Source: Eledone cirrhosa
Lineage: Eukaryota
Direction: 5' to 3'
Assembly (NCBI GenBank): GCA_964016885.1
Contig: OZ024746.1
Coordinates: forward strand, 75,826,001 to 75,890,000
Length of the DNA: 64,000 bases
This document shows positions 24,141-35,900 of the stretch, piece by piece (the first letter of the stretch is position 1; each line of letters begins with the position of its first letter). The translations under genes were made by a program, and so were the position numbers. The notes beneath the pieces are model-generated. The model was not told the DNA's origin. It was given only the letters and a program-made list of their open reading frames with translations, and did no database searches.

Positions 24141-25719
24141 TAAATCTAATATTTTCTGTTTTCTTAAAAGCCTTTCTTACCACGCTGAAGTTAATCTCAA
24201 TAACTGGTCCTCTTTATGTTGTGATTGTCACAGCTTGAATGCTGTTGATCATAAGTTGGTTTATTTTATATTGTAATTGATAACATTTTATTGGTTATAA
24301 ATTTTCAAGGGATCAGTTACTGGTTCACTACATTTCTGATGGAGAGGGTAACAAGGAAATATTTGTAACACAGTGCAGAACAAATATCACACAGAACTTA
24401 ATTCAAATTTTACACACACACACATATGATAGGCTTTTGCACAGTTTCTGCCTCCTAAATTCCCCTCTCAAAATATTAGTCAACTGAATGCTATAGTAGA
24501 AACACTTGCCCAAGAAGCTGTGCAGTGGGGTTGAGCCTAGAGCTACATGGCTGCAAAGCAAACTTCTTAACTGCATTGAAATACCTGCACCCAAGCATAC
24601 ATATTTCCCCCTCAGTTTGTTTGTAACCCTTAAAGAGAAATGTGGTTTGTCAAGTAACCGTTATAGAAGAATATGGTTTGCCATAAAAACAAGCTTTGAA
24701 GATTGATAGGCAAAACTTTCAAGGGACATAACTTTGCTTTGACGAGAGTATTATGATGCAAAGTTGGTTAATTACTTAAAAAATCTTTCACCCTTTTCAA
24801 GATGGTAGGTCAGTGGTTCTAGAAAGGTCTTCTGTGACATACTGATTTGCAGTAAAATGTTGCTTGGTGCACTCCAAAAATAATTTTTAGAACATGTGAA
24901 AAATACAAACTGAAATGTTATGGTTCATTTAGTGAATGAAAAAGTAATACCTACTGTAGTTTAAATTATTTATATTTAAAAGATAAAATATATAAATATA
25001 TAAGAGTAGTAACTTCAAGTAAATGTTCATCCATATTGTGACAACCTGTACAACCTATGGCAGCAAAGAAAAGCAGAAATATAATGATGGTGACTTTATG
25101 TACAAATTCGCAAAAATATTTTTATTTGCTCTAAAGTGTGCCATAATTAAAAATAGTTTGGAACCACTGTGATAGGGTTTATTTAACCACTGTGATAGGG
25201 TGTATTTAACCACTATCTCTATCATGTTGAGTGACTCCATATAGGCTCTGTAGTTGACTCATGGTTATGTGGTGCTAGTAAAAATTCCATGATTTACCAT
25301 TTATGTTAATAGCTTCCTTTTTACTCTCTTACTGGTTTCAGTCATCTGACTGCACCCATGCTGGGGTACCACTTTAAAGTGATTTTGTTGATCATATTGC
25401 CTCCAATACTTATTTATATTTTTAGGACTGGTACTTATTTTACTAATTTCTTTTTTTTTTAGCAGTTATGGGACATAAACACAGACATGGAGGTAAATGT
25501 GGACACACACACACCCTCATATACATACATACCATATGTGTGTGTATATATATATATTTATTCCATTTAAGTTATTTTAATTACCTGAAGGTAGAACTGG
25601 TGGTTCTGGTAGGCAAATCATGATGTAACAAAGCACTCAACATTATGCAATCTTCCAGTCCGGCCTTCTGTTGTCGTTATATATATATATAAGAAACTCA
25701 CTCAGATGGCGAAAGGGTG

Positions 25720-26077
25720 CTACACGAGAATGCTGAGGATGGTTCTGAACATTAATTAGTATACACTGAGGATGAAAAACTCAGAGCTGTATGGGAGCCT
25801 CCCAAAAATCAGCTCAAAAGTGACACAGAGGAGACTGAGGTTAGCTGGACATGCTCACCGACATCCAGAGTTGACACTGCACTGTGTTCCTGTGGGAGCC
25901 TCTGCATGGACACACTGGAAGAGGAAAACCAAGGTTAACGTATGTTGATGTCCTAAGGACAGACACTGGTCTCTTGGAGACACAGGACATGGCAGTGATA
26001 ATGAGGGACAGAAACCGCTGGAGAGAACTCGTTCATGGATCTCGTGAATTTTACCCGCCCTAGATAGATAGATAGAT
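25720..26077 (+). mobile_element. RTE-like LINE 3' end with (TAGA)n tail
   Basis: RRLRLAGHAHRHPE..WEP.HG..GRGKPRLTYVD.L..DTG..MRDRNRWR, then TAGA repeats. Confidence 0.7.
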
Positions 26078-26317
26078 ATTATAGATAATGAGAAATCAGT
26101 GATGCATCAAAACACAATTTATTAACATATTACACGTTTCTCCGACAATCAGTTCAAGGCAGGACCTATTATAGATCGAACCTGACTCTGCATTCGCAAG
26201 GTCCTCAGATATTTTATTGTTTTCAAGGCATTTCTTCCAGCTGATCATCGGAGAAACATATGTAATATGTTAATAAATTGTGTTTTGATGCATCCCTGAT
26301 TCCTCGTTATCTATAAT
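26078..26317. repeat. ~75-bp inverted repeat (hairpin) with 88-nt loop
   Basis: 26078-26152 is the reverse complement of 26241-26317 at about 90% identity. Confidence 0.9.
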
Positions 26318-26552
26318 GATATACTCTGCTCCGCGTAAGCATCGAGTGCGCAAACGATATACCGCCTACAGACGCATTTATTGCAACCTTACAACAACTA
26401 TATATATATATATATCTATATATATATATGTGTGTGTAAAGCTAACCCTGCTTCAGCAGAAAAAGGACCTTCAAATGCTTGTTGTGTTGTAATTAACATT
26501 GCTGGCATATATGCAATACTAATTATACTCTTTCTTCCATTTTTTTTTTTAG

Positions 26553-26949
26553 ATTTCCTTGTATTCGAATTATAAGCAGAACTAGCAATAGTTTCTGCTG
26601 GAGAGCTGGCTGCTATAAGAATTTGTCTAACTACCATCATGACTATATTAATAAGCAATTACTATTACCTAATGTCTACAGTACTACTGGGAAAAAATAT
26701 TTTTCATCATTTCTCAATGGCCAGCATAATAAACATGTATCTCAACCTGTTGGTTTGTACTCTTTGTGGTTTCAAAGAACATTTTTCAAAAGAAGCCATA
26801 AACCTGTTCTATTTCGCTCAATAACCACTAGACAAAAGACAAAGGAAGCCCATCGTAAACGGACTATACTAATCTATATTTGTTCTGTGGGGATTATCAT
26901 GGTTGGAATGAGTTATGCTGGTGTTCCACTCTATCGACTATTTTGTCAG
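26553..26949 (+). CDS. COX11: COX11 exon (presequence-like region + TM helix)
   Basis: T-rich TTTAG acceptor, CAG|GTAAAT donor; YAGVPLYRLFCQ. The 5' boundary needs a phase-2 upstream exon. Confidence 0.85.
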
Positions 26950-29900
26950 GTAAATATTGTATTCCTGTTCTTTTTCCTTCTTTTATTCTACTCCTAGAAT
27001 GTCAGATAAATGCTACAATGTATTCATTTCAGCTCTCTGCACTCTGAGTTCAAATCCCACCAAGGTCAACTTTGCCTTTCATCTTTTTGAGATTGATAAA
27101 TAAATTACCAATCTAGTATTAGACACAGTCGTTTATCTCTCTCTCTTTCCTCGTTTTCTGGAAGTAATCAGCTGCACTCAGACATGGAACAGATGGGCTC
27201 AACCAGGTTTAAAATGCTCAAAACAACGACAGACCTACTACTGCAGGAGTTCAGCAGCACAGATGGACTTCAGTCATAAGACTACTACAGCCATGCTGGG
27301 CCGCTGCTTTCAAGAGTTTAGTTAATTATTTATATCGCCCCGCTCTTTCAGTACTTTCTGTGGTACACAACTTTGAGTTAGCCCATTTTAGAGTTACTTA
27401 CCCTTAGTAATGTAAATAGCTTTAACGTTTTCGTTACCATAAGTGTTTATATTTATCTAAAAACCTTCCACCATATTATTATACTAGAAACTGTTATATG
27501 AGGTGCAAAGTTTGTTATTGCAGCAAACTCTGAACTTTAATGTCTCTGCCATGATCACTTCTAAATAGCCACACATATCTAAAATGCTCCAGAATACTTC
27601 TAAATACCCACACATATCTATAATGCTCCAGAATACTTCTAAATACCCACACTATAATGCTCCAGAATACTTCTAAATACCCACACATATCTATAATGCT
27701 CCAGAATACTTCTAAATACCCACACATATCTATAATGCTCCAGAATACTTTTAAATACCTACACATATCTATAATGCTCCAGAATACTTCTAAATACCCA
27801 CACATATCTAAAATGCTCCAGAATACTTCTAAATACCCACACTATCTATAATGCTCCAGAATACTTCTAAATACCCACACATATCTACAATGCTCCAGAA
27901 TACTTCTAAATACCCACACATATCTAAAATGCTCCAGAATACTTCTAAATACCCACACATATCTATAATGCTCCTGAATACTTCTAAATACCCACACATA
28001 TCTATAATGCTCCAGAATACTTCTAAATACCCACACATATCTAAAATGCTCCAGAATACTTCTAAATACCCACACATATCTATAATGCTCCAGAATACTT
28101 CTAAATACCCACACATATCTAAAATGCTCCAGAATACTTCTAAATACCCACACATATCTATAATGCTCCAGAATACTTCTAAATACCCACACACATCTAT
28201 AATGCTCCAGAATACTTCTAAATACCCACACATATCTACAATGCTCCAGAATACTTCTAAATACCCACACATATCTATAATGCTCCAGAATACTTCTAAA
28301 TACCCACACATATCTATAATGCTCCAGAATACTTCTAAATACCCACACATATCTATAATGCTCCAGAATACTTCTAAATACCCACACATATCTACAATGC
28401 TCTAGAATACTACTAAAATACGATTCTAAAAAAACTCATGTTGTTATGGCCCATGTTTCCATAGTTACAGTCAGCCTCTCACGAGGTTACATTTCATGGG
28501 TATTTTAATAATAGGGGTCCAATTTTATCATGTTACCATTTCTCTGGTGACAGGAGATGGGATTTGAATGCAACTCCCAGAGCCAGGACAAGAATTGTAA
28601 AGTCTAACAACACTCTCAAATTCACTGTAGCAATAACTAAATACTTATTTAGAGCTGGGTGGATTGGGCCATTTTGAGAGTTAACTGCCATAGCCTCTCA
28701 CATTATGTTACATTGTAGCAGGTCATACATGACATACCATTATTTAGGGTCGATAAAATAAAGTACCAGTAATGAACTGGGTAATTGCTGGCCTTGTGCC
28801 TAAAGTAGAAACAATTATTTAAGAGTTTAGAGTTATCCTTCTTTTTTATACATTGTAAATATTTTCCTATTTAAGGCCACTGGACTAGGAGGTCAAGCAG
28901 TTGCAGGACATGATAAAAATCGAGTGGAAAATATGAATAAAGTCACCGACAGAAGTATTTTAATACGGTTTAATGCCGATGTATCTTCAAGTATGCAATG
29001 GAATTTTCGTCCCCATCAGCCATCTGTAAGAGTAAGTGATCTTTAATTCTAAATTTCCTCTCTCTAACACTTCTGAATATTATCTTTATTTTATTCCACT
29101 CTGCCTCTCACACACGCATATATAAATCTTATGAATTATTGAAGCTCTGTGAGTGTTTGAAATTTGAAATTGTGTGAGTCCAAACAGAAAATAACTCTAA
29201 TAATAATTGGTCATTATAGATAACAGTTGATAAAATTGGGTAAATTACTCTTAGAGATGGAAAAAATAAGACACCTACAAGGTGCCTCAGTCCACATCCA
29301 TTGGAGCATGTTTGCCTGATTTCTTTCCAGTCTTTGCAAGTTCTTTGCTTTCAAGGCTCCACTCTCACTTCCATGTAGCATCACAGTTCATGCACTGTAA
29401 CCATACAAGCTGCCTTTCACTCTGAGAGAGAACCCTTTTGTAGCCAGCAGATGTAGAAGGTGCCTGTCTACTTTTTTCCATCTCTAAGTACAATTTACTT
29501 ATTTTTCTCAACTATTATCTATAGCGATTGATTGTTATTACATTTATTTCTGCATTTGGAACTCTCACATTTTCCAATTTTCAAACAAACACACACATAT
29601 TATACACACTGAAACTAAGTATACTCTAAAGTTAGTGTTATATATAAGCTAATCAGAGAAACCGTTTTGTGTTAAGTAAGGTATCACAGAGAAATGAAAC
29701 ATGGACAGTAACTGTAAAAGATCAGCATCAATAATGGAGAAGTTATTTGTGTATAACCTGGGATATATAACCTGGGGGGAGTGATACCATTAAGGCTAAT
29801 TAGGCTGCTTTCTTGGGTACAGATCTCAGGAGGACGCATTACTGAACCTTATTGGATCACAGAATTATATGAATTTATATCATTAAATTCAATAATATAT

Positions 29901-32900
29901 TTCCTGTGATCAATAATTAATTGGTAAATACCTTTGCCAGGTAGCAGCATTGTGGAAATATCCAAAGTGGTGAAGTGGATCATATGGTATTATCATCTGT
30001 CACATCTATAGCTCACAATTATATTAATAGTAATGCATATGTATTTATATATTTTTATGTTTATTTTTAACCTTTTTTTTAGGTTTTACCTGGAGAAACA
30101 GCTTTGGCTTTCTATTCAGCAAAGAATCCGACTGAGAAACCTATTATTGGTATCTCTACATATAATATTATCCCATTTGAAGCTGCAATGTATTTTAATA
30201 AGATTCAGGTAAGCCCACATGAAACTAGATATACATTTTACATTTTATATATTCAAAAGAATTTTTAATACTCTCATATTTCCTGAGTTTTTAAAAAAAT
30301 AGTGTGATGTGCTTCTAGTTTTGAAAATGTCAAGCAGTGTCAATGCAAAGTGAAGACACATTTGTTCACAATCACACATTCACATGTTCTTACATGTGTG
30401 CAAACATACACACACACTGATGCCCCCCCCCCCCCCCCACACACACACACATGCACAGTCACACTCACCCATAGAGTTAAAATTGTTTTAGGAAAACCTG
30501 TAAAATGTTAGTTAAAAATAAAGGGATGAAAATAGGAGTAAAATAAGACAATAAAAGGGTTTACACTTTTACCTTAAATTTCATGATATTTTGGGGTTAG
30601 CCCACCTTTTCATAAGAAATTGTAGTGTGATGGTGGTGGCAAGCTGGATTCAGATATATGGGTCTGGAAGAGTGGTGATATCTGTAGACTGTTATAGTTA
30701 CAATAGCTAACCAGCTTTATGCAATTCATGCCTACTGTTAATAGGTATTAATCTATTGATGAGAATTGCCTCTTTCATTCTCAATTTCTGATGGTTAATT
30801 TGGTGGCTTTGGTAGTGACTTTGATATCTTCGGCATGACACTTCTGTGGGTGATTTTTAATAGAAGAAGCACTTGTGTGGATGTGTTCTTTAATCTGAAT
30901 GAGAAACTTGTAGACAGTCCTTCCAATGTATGAGCCACCACTTTTGTACATCACATAAGACCTCTGGTGCATGCACCACATATTTACACACAGAGCAGCA
31001 GCTGTAACAGCTTTTCTAAGCTCTACTTTTCCATGCTGACGTGGGTTGGATGAAATGTTTTGAAACAGTGTTTTACAGCCAAATGCCCTTCCTGATGCCA
31101 ACCCTTTTAGTCACTTCTTACAACATGCAGGGAAATGGTGCACCTATTCAAAAGCGGAAGCACATGGTTAAATATACATGTTAGATAGAATCTGAAACCA
31201 TGTGGTTGTGAAGCAAACATCTTAACTATCTAGCCTTCCTTTCTACTGCTAAGGTCGATTTTGCTTTTAATCCTTCTAGGTGCGGCTTGATCAAATAAGT
31301 ACCAGTCTTGTCTAAGTCTAAAGTCTGTCTCAAGCCAGGAGTCTCATCATGGTAGTGCTTATCCTGGTTTCCGTGGTGTGAAGTAACTGAGAGTACAAGA
31401 CTTCCCCTGGACAGGATGCCAGTCTATCATAGAGTTAAACCCCTAGCTACTGCTGGTACTCATTTTCAGCTGAGTATACTGGAGCAATGTGAAATGAAGT
31501 GTTTTGCTCAAGAGCACAACACACAACCCAGTCTAGGCATTGAACTCATGACATTATGATCGTAAGTCCAACCACTAGGCCACATACCTCCAGTACCACC
31601 CTCATCTTGTGGTTAATTTAATCCTTCTGTTACCATATATATAATGAAGATACTGCCTATGGTTTTCAAATCATTTTGAAAATAATCAAACATTTGGAGT
31701 GATTTAGTAATAGAATTAATTTCCCCATTATTAAGCGGGTGATTGATTGGCAGAGTCGATAGAATGTCAGACAAATAGTTAGCACAACTTGTTTTGGCTC
31801 TTTAGGTTCTGAGTCCAAATCTCACTGAGATCAGTAAGGTGTTCTGGAAGTATGTTCACGCAAAGCAGAGGCCTCACTCTCCAGTTGGTCCTCTTCGCAA
31901 TCCCCACACAAGCCAAGTTGCTGACGACCCCAAGGAATGCGCAGAGCTCATTGCTGAATGCTATGCAGGCATTTTCACTGTTGAAGACCAGAGTGTACCG
32001 TCTCCACCACCTATGACACCGGATTCTATTACAACTATGGAATTTACACCTGCAATGCTGCGACGTCACCTTAAAAATAAACGCAACCATGCCTCTCCTG
32101 GTCTTGATGGTGTTACGTACCTGCTTCTCAAACGTGGTTGGTACTTCCTTCTGCACCAGCTATCACGCTTCTTCCAATTCTGTCTGAACAACGGTGCTAC
32201 TCCAGAACAGTGGAAAACTGCCAGTATCATTCCTCTGTTCAAAAAGGGTGACCGCACATCACCTGTGAACTATCATCCAGTCAGTCTTACTAGCTGCATT
32301 GCCAAACTGATGGAACTTCTGGAACACTCACAGTCTTATCCGGCCCTCGCAATTTGGATTTATCTCTAACTCCAGCTGCTGTGATCAACTTATCGAGTTT
32401 CTTGAAGACATCACCCGGATCACTGATGGCGGCTCATGGGTGGATATTGTTTACCTTGACTTTGCTAAGGCTTCTGGCAAAACTCTCTGCAATGGGTGTG
32501 AAGGCTGATCTTTTTAACTGGTTGAAGTCCTTCCTTCTCAGTCGAAGAGAGGTAGTCACGGTTCTAGGACACCATTCCTCACCATATGAGATGTCATCTG
32601 GTGTACCACAGGGATCTGTTCTTGGCCCCCTTTTGTTTGTGGCATATATTAATGACATAGATGCCAACTTAAAGAATGCCACAGTACTGCAATATGCAGA
32701 TGACATCAAGCTGTACCTTGAAATAAAAAGGACAGACCCTGAACACTATAGATCTTGCCTGCAATCTGACCTGGACACAATGCAACAATGGATCACCGAC
32801 TGGCAACTCAAGCTAGCTGTGGACAAGTGCACACCTTCATTTTGGGAGTAAAAACCCAGCGTCCACATACTCCCTCCACAGCACTAATATCAAGAAGTCT

Positions 32901-35900
32901 TCTTGTGAACGTGACCTAGGCATTACAGTCAGCAGCGATTTGCGTTGGACGAAGCACGTCTCTAAAATTGTCAAGAAGGCCGAGGGTGTTTTAGCATCAC
33001 TCAGCAAGACCTTTGTCAGCCGCTCTATTTAAAGCTGTACATAGCTATGGTGCGACTACACTTAGAATTTGCATCACCAGTCTGGAACCCCTATCTTGCT
33101 CAGAACATTGACCGCCTGGAAACAGTTCAGAGACGTGCAACCAAGCGAATACCCTCCATCAGGCTTCTACCATACTCTGAATGCCTTGCTTCCCTGGGCA
33201 TGGATACATTGAAGCTCCGACATCTGGCAACTGACTTGGTAAACACCCACAAAATTATTAACCATCTTGCCAACAACAACCCTGAGTACCTTTTTGATTT
33301 CCATGTGTCTAACACACATGGACATGCCCACAAAGTCAGAAAACAGCACAGTTCCCATGACTTTTAGAAACATTTTTTCACGCTCAGAGTTGCTGAAGCA
33401 TGGAACAAACTACCTGCATCAGTTGTTAGCTGTCGAGACACTGCATCCTTTAAAACCTCAATGCTTCCTGAGATTCGCCAACACTACACCTAATATTCCC
33501 CCTCTATACACATGCACACATGTATATCATGACTCATACACTATTCACTTCCCGACATTTGTATATTATTCTATGTACTATACATGCACCTTTGACGAGT
33601 TGTAGTGCACCTGAACACTTTACACAATAATTTCATTATTATTATTATCAACTTTTCCTTTCATCCTCCTGGGGTCGATGAAATACAGTATCAATAAAGT
33701 TCTGGACTTGATATAATCGATTTTCCCCTCCGTTCAAATTGCTGTCATTATTAAGCTAATAAAGTACCAGTAATGTACTGGGTAATTGCCGGCCTTGTGC
33801 CAATAGTAGAAACAATTATTAAGCTGTAGATTGGCAGTATCGGTAGGGCGTCAGGCACCATGCTTTGCCGCATAGAGTTATGGCCCTTTATGATCTGAGT
33901 TTAAATGCCGCCGAGGTTAACTTTACCTTTCGTCCTTACGGGGTCGATAATAAAGTACCAGTAATGCACTGAGATAATTGCTGGCCTTGTACCAAAAGTA
34001 GAAACAATTATTAAACTGGTGTTTGGTACATAATATTATAGCGGAAAGTTTTTAGATAAATATAAACATTTAAAAACAAACATTTTTGGAATTATAGAAC
34101 CAAAATGCATCTAGAAAAAAAATGCATCTTTATGACTGTTAGATATAATTAATTCTGCTTTTATTTCTATACTGTCGAATATTTTTCAACAAAGTTAATA
34201 AACCATCATCATCATCATCATCATCATCAACGTTTAACGTCCGTGTTCCACGCTTGCATGGGTTTGGACGGGGGTAGTCCCACTTGAGGCAAGAGTGATT
34301 GTCTTGCTCGCATAGGACTGTCTGGCAGGTTTTCTACAGTTGGATGCCCTTCCTAACACCAACCACATTTACAGTGTGGGTCTGGGAGGTTTTTACCGTG
34401 TTGCCTACACGGCCACATTACAGCGTGGACTGTGTGTTTTTTTGTCGTGACACCTACACGATCTCATTTGTTTCGGCCTCGATGGCGCGGCACCAACATA
34501 ACTTTACATAGAACGGGGTGGTGTGGATGGGGTGGGGGCGGGGGTGGTGGGACGGGGTGTATTTTGTTAGAGATGCCTACTGGCTGGAGTAGGTTTTACT
34601 ATATATTTAGGTAAGGCGGGTCTTCTCTGTTACTGAGTACCGCCAAAGGTCTCGGTCCAGTGACATTGTCTTGGAGAGGTGTAAGTGTGTGATGTCGGAG
34701 TTTATCAGCTCGTCCCAGGTTTTTCTAGGTCTGCCTATTCCGTGACTACCGTCTATCTTTATTGCCCTGCACTTTGTTATACAGCTATCGACTTTCATGC
34801 GCATCACGTGTCCATACCAACGTAGCCTTCTCTCGAGTAAACAACATCTGATCCCTCTTATCTCTAATTTTTTCCTTAGTTCGTTTATGCTTTGCCGTTC
34901 ACGTATATTACTGTTACACATCCAGCGGAGCATGCAAGCTTCGTTCCTCTCTAGTCTGCGTATATCCTCTGCACACAATGCCCAGGTCTCACTGCCATGC
35001 AGCATTGCTGTTCGTATGCAGGCATCGTACAACCTGCCTTTCATTTTTAGTGAGAACCCTTTAGCAGCTAATAGTGGTATAAGCTCTCTGAACTTTTTCC
35101 AACCAGTTCTGACTCTAGCTACAGTACTTTCAGAGCACCCTCCCCCACTGCTGATTTTATCGCCCAGGTAACGGAAGCTGTCCACTATTTCTATAGAACC
35201 CTCTGCGCAATTGAAAGAGCTAGTAGTTTGTGGGCACTTGCTGCTACTTATTGCACCAGAGCACCGGCCACATGTAAAATCTATGTTCTTAGTTAGCTTA
35301 CCTGTGATCCCACTACATCTTTTATGCACCCATACTTTGCATTTAGGACATAAAATGGAGTTTCTACCTACGCCTTTCCTACACACTGAGCACGACCATT
35401 TCCCAGAAGGGACCGCCGCCTTGTTTTCTTTCCTACAAACTAGTACTTTGGTCTTAGCCAGGTTAATTTTAAGTCCTTTTGACTCTAGGCCGTGCTTCCA
35501 TGTTTGGAATTTCTTCTCTAGCTCGGCCATTGATTCCGCTATGAGTGTCAGGTCGTCTGCGTATAGGAGTTCCCATGGGCAGCCTGTCTTGAACTCCTCT
35601 GTTATAGCCTGAAGGGCAATAATAAATAGTAGTGGGCTGAGAACAGAGCCCTGATGGACGCCAACTTTTACGCTAAACTCTTCACTATATTCGTTGTTAA
35701 TTCTAACCTTGCTGACTGTTTCTTTATACATGGCTTGTATAGCCCTCACAAGCCATTCGTCAACGCCTAGTTTTCTAAGAGCCCACCAGATAATGGAGCG
35801 GGGGACTCTGTCGAAGGCTTTCTCCAAGTCGACAAAAGCTAAGTAGAGGGGTTTACCTTTAGCTAGGTACTTCTCCTGTAGTTGTCGTACTATGAAAAGA

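Noticed and set aside
26150-26260. Hammerhead ribozyme call
   Set aside because: CTGAGGA and GAAAC are present, but canonical stems II and III could not be assembled by eye.
27515-28405. 180-aa repeat ORFs / CRISPR-like periodicity
   Set aside because: A pure 39-bp tandem repeat with no unique spacers. The ORFs arise because the unit is 13 stop-free codons, and the region is intronic to COX11.
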